A stretch of 64,000 nt of DNA from Candidatus Kaiserbacteria bacterium. Its GTDB lineage: Bacteria > Patescibacteriota > Minisyncoccia > Phycocordibacterales > Phycocordibacteraceae. Every line of letters begins with the position of its first letter. Position 1 is the first letter of the stretch. Where the stretch lies: NCBI GenBank assembly GCA_016182485.1, contig JACPGH010000007.1:27656-91655 (forward strand). Reading direction: 5' to 3'. Below are positions 8,438 to 17,852 of the stretch, one piece after another. The notes beneath the pieces are model-generated. The model made no database searches. It saw nothing but the letters and a program-made list of their open reading frames with translations, and had not been told where the DNA came from. A program made the translations under genes and the position numbers.

Positions 8438-9595
8438 TTAACGTATCGCGCCCGCGACCGCTTTGACCACGCGCGGGTCGAGCATGTCGGGAATGATCTT
8501 GTCCGCCGCGGGCCGGGCGACAAGCGCCGCGAGCGCGCGAGCGGCGCGCAGCTTCGCGGCTTCAGTTATCTGCCGCACGCCGCGGTCGAGCGCGCCGCGG
8601 AAGACCCCCGGGAATACGAGCGAGTTGTTGATCTGGTTGGGGAAGTCGCTCCGGCCGGTCGCGACGACGACGGCGCCGGCTTTCTTCGCCACGTCCGGGA
8701 ATATTTCCGGCTCCGGATTCGCCATTGCGAAGACGATGGCCCTCGGCGCCATGCTGCGGACATGGCCTGCCGATAGGAGCCCTTTGCCGGAGAGGCCGAT
8801 GAATACGTCGGCGCCGACCATCGCTTCATCGAGCCCGCCCTTCACCTTGCGCGGATTCGTGAGCTTGGCGAGCTCGGCTTTATTTTCATTCAAGTTCTCG
8901 CGGCCGGCATAGAGCGTGCCTGTGCGGTCGAGCATAACGATGTCGCGCACTCCCGCCGCAATAAGGAGCTTCGCGGTCCCGGTGCCGGCCGCGCCAGCGC
9001 CGCTTATCACTATCTTCAATTCCTTAAGAGTCTTTTTCACCACCTTCGCGGCATTGGTGAGCCCCGCGAGCACCACGATCGCCGTGCCGTGCTGGTCGTC
9101 GTGCATAACGGGAATGTCGAGCGCTTCGATGAGGCGCTCCTCGATGTCGAAGCACTTGGGCGCCGCGATGTCCTCGAGATTAATGCCGCCGAAAGCCGGC
9201 GCGATCGCCTTCACGACCTGCACTATCTCCTCCGGTTCTTGCGTCGAAAGAACGATCGGCCACGCGTCCACTCCTGCTTTTTCTTTAAATATGAGCGCCT
9301 TCCCTTCCATGACCGGCAGGGCGCCATAGGGGCCGATATTCCCCAGCCCAAGCACGGCCGAGCCGTCGGAGACTACCGCTACGCTGTTTTTCTTGACCGA
9401 TAATTTGCGCGCCTCCTCCGGATGCTCCGCCAGATATCTCGAGGCGACCGCGACGCCCGGCGTATACCACAGCGAGAAATCCTTTTTTTCCTTTAGCTTC
9501 ACGCGCGCCTTGGTCTCCACCCGTGCGCCCTGTTTCTTGAATGCGGTCAATATCTTTTTTGATTTTGTATCCATAGATAGACCGTCAGTATACAT
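8438..9595 (-). CDS. NAD(P)-dependent malic enzyme (small form)
   Basis: YTPGVA motif, Rossmann GAGAAG, and the overall malic-enzyme/MaeB N-domain layout. 385 aa. Confidence 0.8.
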   Translation of the reverse strand: MYTDGLSMDTKSKKILTAFKKQGARVETKARVKLKEKKDFSLWYTPGVAVASRYLAEHPEEARKLSVKKNSVAVVSDGSAVLGLGNIGPYGALPVMEGKALIFKEKAGVDAWPIVLSTQEPEEIVQVVKAIAPAFGGINLEDIAAPKCFDIEERLIEALDIPVMHDDQHGTAIVVLAGLTNAAKVVKKTLKELKIVISGAGAAGTGTAKLLIAAGVRDIVMLDRTGTLYAGRENLNENKAELAKLTNPRKVKGGLDEAMVGADVFIGLSGKGLLSAGHVRSMAPRAIVFAMANPEPEIFPDVAKKAGAVVVATGRSDFPNQINNSLVFPGVFRGALDRGVRQITEAAKLRAARALAALVARPAADKIIPDMLDPRVVKAVAGAIR

Positions 9596-9615
9596 TACAG
9601 GTATATACTTGGCCC

Positions 9616-11793
9616 ATGCAGGACGACCTGGTAGAAAAATACTTCCCGCGCTTGCGGCGGGAGCAGTTGAGCGCGCTGCGCAAACTGAAAATTCGGACCG
9701 CGCGCGACCTCCTATATCACTTTCCCTCGCGTTATGAACGCTCGGGCCCTTCGGCCCAGATCGCGGGAGTATCGGCGGGAGCCGAAGTAACGCTCTATGG
9801 GATGGTGAGAAAACCGGATGTGCGCAAGACTTGGAAGAGCCGCCGGCCGATAGCCGAAGCGTGGCTTGAAGACGCCTCGGGAAAGATCAAAATGATGTGG
9901 TTCAACCAGCCCTATATCGCGAAGACCTTGCATGACGGGATGGTGGTGAAAGCGCGCGGCCGCGTTTCGGGCGCGGGTTCGAAAGTTTATCTTGCGAATC
10001 CCGAGATCGATCGAACGCCTGTAAATCCGGAAGAGATGCATGACTCTCTCTTTCAACAAGGTCGAACCTTGGAACAAGGTTCGACCTTGGATACCGAGTT
10101 ATATCCTATTTATCCGGAGAGCCAGGGGGTGTCCTCTCTCTGGTTCTTCCACGCGGTGAAGAAGCTTTTCGAGACGCGCGTGCATGAGGGGCTTTCCGAT
10201 CCTATCCCTTCCGACATCCGGGAACGGTACAATCTGCCTGCGCTAACCCCGGCGCTTCTTCTCATGCACGCCCCGCGGCGGCCTGCGGACGCCGCGGCGG
10301 CCCGGAAGCGCTTCGCCTTCGAAGAGATCTTCGCGCTTCAGATCGTGATGCAGAAGCGCCGGCGCGCGCTCCAGTCGGAGCGCGCCCTGCCGGTGGCTGT
10401 GAACCGAGCGGCCCTGGAAGATTTCATCGCCTCGTTTCCCTTTCCGGCTACCGCTGCGCAGTTGAGGGCTATCAACGCAATACTCGCCGATTTCGAAAAG
10501 CCGCATCCGATGATGCGTTTGCTTGAAGGCGACGTGGGGAGCGGCAAGACCGCGGTCGCCGCGGCTACCGCTTATCTCGTCGCGACTTCCCTGCCCGTCG
10601 GTCGCATTGCCGGTGCGCTCCAGGTCGCCTACCTCTGCCCGACCGAGGTGCTCGCGAAGCAGCATTTCTCGACGTTCGTCTCCTATTTCCGCGACCATCC
10701 GATACCTATCGGACTCATTACCGGCAGCGAATGCCGGAAGTTTCCCTCCCGCGTGCGGTATGAAGAATCGGCCAAACTGTCGAAGCCCGCGTTCAAAAAG
10801 ATGGTGGCGGGCGGCGAGATCCCTATCGTCATCGGGACGCACGCGCTCATCGAGCAGTCGCTCTCGTTTAAATATTTCGCCTACGCGATTATCGATGAAC
10901 AGCACCGCTTCGGAACTGGCCACCGGCAAAAAATGGTTTCCAAACACGACATTCAGCCGCACTTGCTCTCGATGACGGCAACGCCTATTCCGCGCACGCT
11001 CGCGCTCACGCTCTACGGCGATCTCGACCTCTCGCTTCTTGACGAGATGCCGGCCGGGAGAAAAAAGGTAATTACGGAAGTCCTCGCGCCGAAAGAGCGC
11101 GAGCGCGCCTATGTCTGCGTACGCGCTGAGCTTGCGAAGCATCACCAGGTTTATGTAATCTGTCCGCGAATCGATGAGCCGGACCCGGCCAAAGAACTCG
11201 CGCTCCAGGCCAAGTCGGTGAAGGCCGAAGCGGCCCGCCTAAAGAAATCCGTGTTCCCTGAAGCGGTGATAGGCATCCTGCACAGTAAGATGACTCCGGC
11301 GGACAAGGAGCAGGCGATGGAGGAATTCAAGAAGGGAGAAATGCAGATCTTAGTGGCCACCTCGGTGGTCGAAGTGGGCGTCAACGTACCGAACGCGACC
11401 GTCATTCTCATCGAAGGGGCCGAACGCTTCGGGCTGGCCCAGCTCCACCAGCTGCGCGGACGCGTCATCCGCTCGACACACCAATCCTACTGCTTCGTCC
11501 TTCCGGAAACGACTGGACCTTCGACCCAAGAGCGGCTGCGGGCATTTAAGAACGCGCAGAACGGGTTCGAGCTCGCCGAGTACGACCTCACGCTCCGCGG
11601 CGCGGGCGAGCTCGCCGGCGGCAGGCAGTGGGGCGTCTCAGACATCGCCATGGACGCGCTCAAGAATCTCAAGCTCGTCGAAGCCGCCCGCGCCGAGGCG
11701 GCAAGCCTCATCGAGCGCGATCCGGAACTCGCGCGCCACCCGGAACTGGCGCGGCGCGCCTCCCTCGCCGGCACGGCGCTCCACCTCGAGTAG
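9616..11793 (+). CDS. recG: ATP-dependent DNA helicase RecG
   Basis: N-terminal wedge/OB domain, Walker A GDVGSGKT, DEQHRFG box, helicase C motifs. 725 aa. Confidence 0.85.
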   Translation: MQDDLVEKYFPRLRREQLSALRKLKIRTARDLLYHFPSRYERSGPSAQIAGVSAGAEVTLYGMVRKPDVRKTWKSRRPIAEAWLEDASGKIKMMWFNQPYIAKTLHDGMVVKARGRVSGAGSKVYLANPEIDRTPVNPEEMHDSLFQQGRTLEQGSTLDTELYPIYPESQGVSSLWFFHAVKKLFETRVHEGLSDPIPSDIRERYNLPALTPALLLMHAPRRPADAAAARKRFAFEEIFALQIVMQKRRRALQSERALPVAVNRAALEDFIASFPFPATAAQLRAINAILADFEKPHPMMRLLEGDVGSGKTAVAAATAYLVATSLPVGRIAGALQVAYLCPTEVLAKQHFSTFVSYFRDHPIPIGLITGSECRKFPSRVRYEESAKLSKPAFKKMVAGGEIPIVIGTHALIEQSLSFKYFAYAIIDEQHRFGTGHRQKMVSKHDIQPHLLSMTATPIPRTLALTLYGDLDLSLLDEMPAGRKKVITEVLAPKERERAYVCVRAELAKHHQVYVICPRIDEPDPAKELALQAKSVKAEAARLKKSVFPEAVIGILHSKMTPADKEQAMEEFKKGEMQILVATSVVEVGVNVPNATVILIEGAERFGLAQLHQLRGRVIRSTHQSYCFVLPETTGPSTQERLRAFKNAQNGFELAEYDLTLRGAGELAGGRQWGVSDIAMDALKNLKLVEAARAEAASLIERDPELARHPELARRASLAGTALHLE

Positions 11794-11796
11794 CAA

Positions 11797-11890
11797 ATTT
11801 TCAATGCTCAATTTCGCAATTTTTAATCAATTTTCAAACATTGATACATTGGGCATTATTTGAAAATTGGAAATTGTAAATTGAAAATTA
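11797..11890. repeat. AT-rich imperfect-palindrome element, family 1 (arms caattttcaa / ttgaaaattg around a loop acattgatacattgg)
   Basis: The same arm/loop layout recurs in every spacer from 11797 to 18339. Confidence 0.75.
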
Positions 11891-11902
11891 TGTTAGACTA
11901 AA

Positions 11903-12889
11903 ATGATGGATTTCCTCGCTATCGGCGACACGACCGTAGACGAATTTATCCGGCTCAAAGAAGCGAAGATCTCTTGCGACGAGAACAGGGATCATTGCAC
12001 TATTACGTTCCCGTGGGGCGAGAAAATTCCCTACGAGTCTTCGGTGCTCCTCCCCGCCGTCGGCAATGCGGCGAATGCGGCCGTAGCGGCGGCGCGCCTC
12101 GGACTCTCTGCGGGCCTCGTGAGCAATGTAGGTAATGACCGTTTCGGCGAAGAGACGCTCGCGGTTTTCCAGCGGGAAGGCGTCGATGTCTCCCATACGC
12201 GCGTCAACGACGGCATCCCTACGAATCACCACTACGTCCTATATTACGATTCCGAGCGGACCATCCTTATCCGGCACGAGGCGTATCCGTACGCTCTGCC
12301 GGAGAATATGACCGCCCCGAAATGGATATACCTCTCCTCGCTCGGCGAAGGCGCGCATGCCTTCCATGACGAACTCGCTGCGTGGCTCGCGGACCACCCG
12401 GAAACCAAGCTCGCTTTCCAGCCGGGCACGTTCCAGATACAGATTGGGCGGGAACGATTGAGAAATTTATATGCGCAAGCGGCAGTCTTCGCGAGTAACA
12501 AGCAGGAGGCGGAAAACATCCTCGGGGTTGGGGACACCGACGTCAGGAGTCTCCTTGAGCAAATGCGGGCGCTGGGGCCGAAAATTGTTCTTATCACAAA
12601 TGGCGTCGCCGGCGCCTACGGCTTCGATGGCGAGAAAATGCTCAAAGTCCCGATGTACCCGGACCCCAAGCCGCCTTATGAGCGCACCGGCGCCGGCGAC
12701 GCCGCCACCGCAACCTTCGTAGCCGCGCTCGCGCTCGGCAAACCTCTGGAAGAAGCGCTTCGCTGGGGACCGATCAACTCGATGTCGGTCGTCCAATTCC
12801 TCGGCGCGCAAGAAGGCCTGCTCTCTCGCGACGCGCTCGAGAAACTGCTCGCCGACGCGCCCGAATCGTACGCAGTAACCACGCTCTAA
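11903..12889 (+). CDS. PfkB-family carbohydrate kinase (ribokinase-like)
   Basis: N-terminal GG motif region and C-terminal TGAGDA anion-hole motif. Confidence 0.75.
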   Translation: MMDFLAIGDTTVDEFIRLKEAKISCDENRDHCTITFPWGEKIPYESSVLLPAVGNAANAAVAAARLGLSAGLVSNVGNDRFGEETLAVFQREGVDVSHTRVNDGIPTNHHYVLYYDSERTILIRHEAYPYALPENMTAPKWIYLSSLGEGAHAFHDELAAWLADHPETKLAFQPGTFQIQIGRERLRNLYAQAAVFASNKQEAENILGVGDTDVRSLLEQMRALGPKIVLITNGVAGAYGFDGEKMLKVPMYPDPKPPYERTGAGDAATATFVAALALGKPLEEALRWGPINSMSVVQFLGAQEGLLSRDALEKLLADAPESYAVTTL

Positions 12890-12892
12890 TTT

Positions 12893-13010
12893 TCAATTAC
12901 CAATTTTCAATTTACATTGAATTTTCAAAGCTTCAATTTTCAAACATTAATACATTGGAAATTGGAACATTATTTGAAAATTGTAAATTGCAAAATTGAA
13001 AATTATTTGG
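12893..13010. repeat. Family-1 AT-rich palindromic element (loop caaacattaatacattgg)
   Basis: Arms caattttcaa ... ttgaaaattg. Inverse orientation of the copy at 16709-16802. Confidence 0.75.
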
Positions 13011-13151
13011 GCTGTTCGAGCCCGTACATCACCCGATTCCCGAAGGTTTCCGCGAGCGTAACATCTGTCGCCACGCGCACGATGAGCAGGGCCGCGCCGC
13101 CGCCAATGATCGTAATGAGCAATGCTCCGATATAAGAATTCACGCAGGCCC

Positions 13152-14165
13152 TCATGCTGCCAATACTATATCGCGTACGAGCGCTTTTGCCGCCTCGATA
13201 ATGTGGGTAACATCAAGCCCGTAGCGCGCCAACAGTTCCTGGGGCGTACCCGATTGGCCGAATTGATCTTGTATCCCGAGCCGTTTGATGGACACGACGT
13301 GTCCATCAGACAAGAATTCCGCGACGGCGCTCCCGAAGCCTCCGGCCGTTTGGTGTTCTTCTAGAGTAAGTACGCGGCCCGCGCTTTCCGCCGCTTCGAG
13401 TATCGCCCCGGTATCGAGGGGCTTCACGGTCGGCACATGGAGTACGACCGAATCGATTCCCTGTTCTTCGAGAGCGCGCGCGGCTTCGAGCGCGGCGTAG
13501 CTCAAGGAACCGGTCGAGAATATGGCGATTTCTGGTTTCTGGTTTCTGGTTTCTGGTTCCCAGAGTATAAGCGCCTTCCCGATCTCAAATGGCGTTTCGC
13601 GAGTGGTGAACACCGGAGTCGCCGCGCGTCCGAAACGTAAATATACAGGCTCTCCCAGGGCAGCCGCCGCAATGACTGCCTTGCGCGCCTCCTCGGCGTC
13701 CGCCGGAGCGATGACCGTCATCCCCGGCAGCATCCGCATCATGCCTATGTCCTCGAGCATCTGGTGCGTGGCGCCGTCGGCGCCGACCGATACGCCCGCA
13801 TGCATCCCGCACACGATGACCGGCATATTGTTGAGAGCAATCGTGGTGCGTATCTGCTCATAATTGCGCCCGGGATTAAACGCGGCATAGCTTGCGATGA
13901 AAGGAATTTTTCCCGCCGCCGCCATGCCCGCCGCCACAGTGGCCATATTCTGTTCCGCGACGCCCATCTCGATGAACCGGTCCGGGAAGGCTTTTTGAAA
14001 TTGTTCGGCGCGGGTGGATTCGGCCAAATCGGCGCAAAGCACTACGACGCGCGCATCCTTTTCTCCCGCCTCCACGCTTCCCGTTCCGAACCCGTCGCGC
14101 GTCGGCGCCGTCTCGATATCGTTCGAAAAAATTTTCTGCGAAAGCTTTGCGGAAAGATCCAACAT
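13152..14165 (-). CDS. Transketolase, C-terminal section (split transketolase subunit B)
   Basis: Pyrimidine-binding and C-terminal domains. Carries an in-frame (tggtttc)x3 microsatellite at 13533-13556. Confidence 0.85.
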   Translation of the reverse strand: MLDLSAKLSQKIFSNDIETAPTRDGFGTGSVEAGEKDARVVVLCADLAESTRAEQFQKAFPDRFIEMGVAEQNMATVAAGMAAAGKIPFIASYAAFNPGRNYEQIRTTIALNNMPVIVCGMHAGVSVGADGATHQMLEDIGMMRMLPGMTVIAPADAEEARKAVIAAAALGEPVYLRFGRAATPVFTTRETPFEIGKALILWEPETRNQKPEIAIFSTGSLSYAALEAARALEEQGIDSVVLHVPTVKPLDTGAILEAAESAGRVLTLEEHQTAGGFGSAVAEFLSDGHVVSIKRLGIQDQFGQSGTPQELLARYGLDVTHIIEAAKALVRDIVLAA

Positions 14166-14294
14166 AATTTTCGATTTACAATTTACAATTTACAAATAAG
14201 GACCAATTTCCAATTTTCAAACAAAGATTCCCGTTTGAGCATTGCACATTGAAAATTTCATTGGAAATTGCAAAATTGAAAATTGAAAATTCTT
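14166..14294. repeat. Family-1 AT-rich palindromic element
   Basis: Arms caatttacaattt... / ...ttgcaaaattgaaaattgaaaatt. Confidence 0.75.
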
Positions 14295-15209
14295 TCATGT
14301 TCTCTGTATTTGAGCTAAGAACCGCTCCCCTTCCTCCGCCGAAGGCGGCTTCCCATGCCACCTATAATCCCCTTCGATTTCCGGCACGCCCTTGCCGGCG
14401 GTCGTATGCGCGATGATTAGCGTCGGAGCGTCCGATACTGCCTTCGCTTCTTCAACCGCCCCGACAAATGCGTCCAAATCGTGCCCATCCACTTCGAGCA
14501 CGCGCCAGTTAAACGCGCGGTACTTCTCGGCGAGCGGTTCGAGCGGCATGACCTCCTCGGTATTGCCGTCGATTTGAATGTTGTTGCGATCCATGATCGC
14601 CGTGAGCCCGGCGAGACGGTGCTTCCCCGCGAACATGGCCGCCTCCCAAGTATTCCCCTCGTCCTGCTCGCCGTCGCTCATCACGCAGTAAATTCTAGGC
14701 GCTAGGCTATAGGCGCTAGGCTCTAGCTCTGATCCGTTTTTAAAATTGGAAATTGAAAATTGTCCGCCGGAGGCGGATCCGCCTTTGGCGGAAAAATTTT
14801 TAAGAGCCCACGCCATTCCCGCCGCCTGCGAGAGGCCCTCGCCAAGAGGCCCTGAGGTGGTTTCGAGACCTGTCAGCCGCGTTCTCTCGGGATGCCCTTG
14901 GAGCCGCGAGCCGAATTTCCGCAATGTGAGACATTCTTCGACCGGGAAATAGCCGGCATGAGCCAGAGTCGCGTACAAGACTGGGCAGATATGCCCGTTG
15001 CTGAGTACGAGCCTATCTCGTTCTTCCCAATCCGGCCGCGCAGGGTCGTGTTTCAAGATATGAAAATAAAAGGCGGCGAAGATGTCCGCCATGTCGAGCG
15101 GCCCCGCCGTGTGGCCGCTGCCCGCGGCGACAAGCATCCGGATCACAGTCTCGCGAATGGCCCGAGCCTTTCCCTCAAGCAGCCGAATCTCCTCATCAGT
15201 CAAAGCCAT
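14295..15209 (-). CDS. Transketolase, N-terminal section (TPP-binding subunit A); contains an in-frame ~25-aa repeat-derived insert
   Basis: GHxxxxxD and GDGE TPP motifs. An insertion (…KNFSAKGGSASGGQFSISNFKNGSELEPSAYSLAP…) is encoded by 14695-14775. Confidence 0.85.
   Translation of the reverse strand: MALTDEEIRLLEGKARAIRETVIRMLVAAGSGHTAGPLDMADIFAAFYFHILKHDPARPDWEERDRLVLSNGHICPVLYATLAHAGYFPVEECLTLRKFGSRLQGHPERTRLTGLETTSGPLGEGLSQAAGMAWALKNFSAKGGSASGGQFSISNFKNGSELEPSAYSLAPRIYCVMSDGEQDEGNTWEAAMFAGKHRLAGLTAIMDRNNIQIDGNTEEVMPLEPLAEKYRAFNWRVLEVDGHDLDAFVGAVEEAKAVSDAPTLIIAHTTAGKGVPEIEGDYRWHGKPPSAEEGERFLAQIQRT
14695..14775. repeat. Composite in-frame insertion inside the transketolase gene: ctaggcg/ctaggct tandem repeat plus a family-1 AT-rich motif (aaaattggaaattgaaaattg)
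   Basis: Direct sequence identity to the intergenic family-1 arms. Reading frame preserved. Confidence 0.7.
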
Positions 15210-15235
15210 GCTCTAAGTATACAGCATGAAACTAC

Positions 15236-15365
15236 CCTAATTTTTCAATTTACAATTTCCAATTTTCAAATAATTACCAATCTCCAATTTTCAAACAAAA
15301 TCCTTGTTTGGACATTGAATCATTGAAAATTGATTGAAAATTGCAAAACTAAACATTGAAAATTC
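15236..15365. repeat. Family-1 AT-rich palindromic element
   Basis: caatttacaatttccaattttcaa ... cattgaaaattgattgaaaattg. Confidence 0.75.
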
Positions 15366-16112
15366 TTAAACCCCGTAGGGATATTGGGCGATATACAACG
15401 CCTCGAACTCGGCGATGGCCTTTGCCGGATCTGCGGCTCGCAATATGCTCGAACCGACCACGAGATTCGAGACTCCGGCGGCAATAAGCCGCTTGGCATT
15501 ATGCAGGGAAACGCCGCCGTCAACCTGGATCGGGAGCCGCGGATATTTCTCGCGCAGGACGCGGATTTTCTCGAATACGCGCTCGTCGAAGGGCTGTCCT
15601 TGGCGGCCGATCCGCGCGATACCCATGCACTGCACGTACTGAACACAGCGGATACAGGGCTTGTCCTTCGTAGCTTCAGCGAAGAAGGGCTCGATGAGCG
15701 CAAGACTGCTCGCGAGATTAATTGCGAGACCGATCGAGAAGCCGCCGGCCTCTCCGAACCGTTCGGAGAGCGAGCCGAGAAGGCGCGGCAGGTCTATGGG
15801 GCTCTCGGCATGTATCGTGAGGCGGCTGGCGCCGAGAGCGAGCCATGCCGCCGCAGCCGCCTCCGCATCGATACACATGATATCGACTTCATACTCGACC
15901 GCGCCGAGCCGCGGCAACATGCCTTCCCAATTTTCAATTTCCAATTTCCAATTTTCAATGCTATACGGCCAGGAGGCAGGCGAGGCGAACTGCCCGTCTA
16001 CGACGTCGATCTGGATACGGTCAATCGAGGGAAGACTCGTGAGGAGTGCGAGTTTTTCTGCCAGCTCTTTTTTGGATGCGGGCAAAACGGCTGGAACGAC
16101 AAATGACATAGC
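15366..16112 (-). CDS. rpe: Ribulose-phosphate 3-epimerase
   Basis: IDVVDGQF…, HxMV-equivalent region, C-terminal VDGG(V)…GSSIL. Start set at MSFVVPAV; the upstream ORF extension only reads through the AT-rich element. Contains an in-frame repeat insert at 15927-15960 (IENWKLEIENW). Confidence 0.8.
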   Translation of the reverse strand, partial: AMSFVVPAVLPASKKELAEKLALLTSLPSIDRIQIDVVDGQFASPASWPYSIENWKLEIENWEGMLPRLGAVEYEVDIMCIDAEAAAAAWLALGASRLTIHAESPIDLPRLLGSLSERFGEAGGFSIGLAINLASSLALIEPFFAEATKDKPCIRCVQYVQCMGIARIGRQGQPFDERVFEKIRVLREKYPRLPIQVDGGVSLHNAKRLIAAGVSNLVVGSSILRAADPAKAIAEFEALYIAQYPYGV

Positions 16113-16216
16113 AAGAAAATTTTCAATTTTCAATTTTGCAATTTTCAAACGTTTGAAAATTAATACATTGAAAATTATTTGTAAATTGAAAATTGTAAAT
16201 TGTAAATTTGGTCATT
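16113..16216. repeat. Family-1 AT-rich palindromic element
   Basis: ttttcaattttcaattttgcaattttcaaacg ... ttgtaaattgaaaattgtaaattg. Confidence 0.75.
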
Positions 16217-16708
16217 CTAGAATTTCGCCAGCCTTCGCGCGTGGCGCGGCGAATCAGAGAACGGCGTGTTCAGGAAAATGCGGACCGCTTCGTCGGCTTC
16301 GCTCCCCGAAACGAACCGGGCGCCGATGCAGAGCACGTTCGCGTTATTGTGCCGGCGCGGGAGGCGCACGGCGTCATACCCGTCCTCCGAGCGGCCGCCT
16401 TCGATGTCGAGCGCTTCGGTCACCCGCATGGGGCCGTAGAAGACCGCGGCGCGGACGCCGGGCACTCGATTGGCGCACATCGCTTCGCCCTGCCCGCTGC
16501 CCCCGAGCGCGATGCCGCGCGCTTCGGGCTCGGCCGCCACGCGGCGGGCGAGCGCCCCGACGACGTCCGGATAATCGTCATCCGGCGCGAGCGAGTACGC
16601 GCCCAGGTCTTCGGCCTCGTGTCCGAGCGCCCGCACGTGCTCGAGGAGCGCGTTCTTCAGGTCAAACCCGGCGTGGTCAGAAGCAAAATAAATTTTCATA
16701 ATTTTCAA
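16217..16708 (-). CDS. rpiB: Ribose-5-phosphate isomerase B (RpiB/LacAB family)
   Basis: MKIYFASDHAGF… and the catalytic Cys region (GSGQGEAMCANR). Confidence 0.85.
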   Translation of the reverse strand: MKIMKIYFASDHAGFDLKNALLEHVRALGHEAEDLGAYSLAPDDDYPDVVGALARRVAAEPEARGIALGGSGQGEAMCANRVPGVRAAVFYGPMRVTEALDIEGGRSEDGYDAVRLPRRHNNANVLCIGARFVSGSEADEAVRIFLNTPFSDSPRHARRLAKF

Positions 16709-16802
16709 TTTTGCAATTTACAATTTTCAAATTATGTCCCAATTTCCAATGTATTAATGTTTGAAAATTTATTGTAAATTGCAAATTGATAATTGAGAAT
16801 TG
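16709..16802. repeat. Family-1 AT-rich palindromic element, inverse orientation
   Basis: Loop ccaatgtattaatgtttg is the reverse complement of the loop in the 12893-13010 copy. Confidence 0.75.
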
Positions 16803-17852
16803 TCACTTGGCCGTGCCGGCCGCTAGGACGTGCCGGACAAGTGACTCCGTATACCCCATCTCGTTGTCGTACCAAGCGAGCACCTTGACGAGATTGCCGT
16901 CCACGACCCGGGTCATGCCGAGGTCAGCGATCGAGGCGCACGGCTCTCCCACGATATCGCTTGAAACCAGCTCCTCATCGGTGGTCATGAAGAGGCCCTC
17001 CCAACGCGAGTCAGCCGCCGCCTTCCGCAAAATGTCATTGACTTCCTCGGCGGATGTCGGCCGCTTCGAAACGAAGGTGATATCCGCGATAGAGCCGGCT
17101 GCCACCGGCACGCGCAGGCTTATCCCGTCGAATTTCCCGGCGAGCGACGGGTACGCCTGCGTCACGGCGACGGCCGCGCCGGTCGAAGTCGGCACGATAT
17201 TAAGCGCGGCCGCCCTCCCTTCCTTCTTGTCTTTTCGCGAAGGCCCGTCGACGATAGACTGACTCGCTGTGTAAGCATGCGCCGTCGAGAGTATCGCCTT
17301 TTCGATACCAAGCGCCTCGTCGAGTATCGCTATGACCGGACTCGCGGCATTCGTCGTGCACGACGCATTCGAACTTATCTGACATGTCGAGAGCTTCTCC
17401 TCATTCACCCCCATCAGCACCGTGGCTCCTAGCGACTGGCTGCTAGTGGCTAGTGGTTGGTTTTTGACCGGTGCAGTGATGACAACACGCTTCGCTCCGG
17501 CCGCGAGATGCGCGCTCGCCTTCTCATAATCGGTGAACAATCCCGTAGACTCGACCGCTACATCGATACCGAGCTCCCCCCAAGGCAAATTCGCCGGCTC
17601 CTTTTCCGAGAAGAACTTCACTTCCTTCCCGTCAATCAGCAAAGCTGATTGCCCCGAGCTTGTCGAGGGGCTGATCCCGACCGAAAATGGCGCGCGCCCA
17701 TATACGGTGTCGTACTTCAATAAATAGGTTAGGTTTTCAAGCGAGCCGAGATCATTCACGGCGACCACTTCGATTCCGCGGCCCTGACTTCTCCTCGCAA
17801 ACGCGCGCCCTATTCGTCCGAATCCGTTAATGGCGACTCTAATGGGTTTCAT
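16803..17852 (-). CDS. gap: Glyceraldehyde-3-phosphate dehydrogenase (type I)
   Basis: NGFGRIGR Rossmann motif and catalytic SCTTN. Start set at MKPIRVAING; the upstream ORF extension is read-through of the repeat. In-frame repeat-derived inserts at ~17423-17460 and ~17640-17680. Confidence 0.85.
   Translation of the reverse strand: MKPIRVAINGFGRIGRAFARRSQGRGIEVVAVNDLGSLENLTYLLKYDTVYGRAPFSVGISPSTSSGQSALLIDGKEVKFFSEKEPANLPWGELGIDVAVESTGLFTDYEKASAHLAAGAKRVVITAPVKNQPLATSSQSLGATVLMGVNEEKLSTCQISSNASCTTNAASPVIAILDEALGIEKAILSTAHAYTASQSIVDGPSRKDKKEGRAAALNIVPTSTGAAVAVTQAYPSLAGKFDGISLRVPVAAGSIADITFVSKRPTSAEEVNDILRKAAADSRWEGLFMTTDEELVSSDIVGEPCASIADLGMTRVVDGNLVKVLAWYDNEMGYTESLVRHVLAAGTAK

Noticed and set aside
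10243-11145. 300-aa ORF on the minus strand inside recG
   Set aside because: Antisense to a well-supported RecG reading frame. Arg-rich low-complexity translation typical of high-GC antisense frames.
17640-17680. The motif cgacaagctc shared between rnpB (687-697, 766-776) and the gap gene (reverse, ~17655)
   Set aside because: Only 10-11 nt. It could be chance or another short repeat, and there is too little evidence to call an element.
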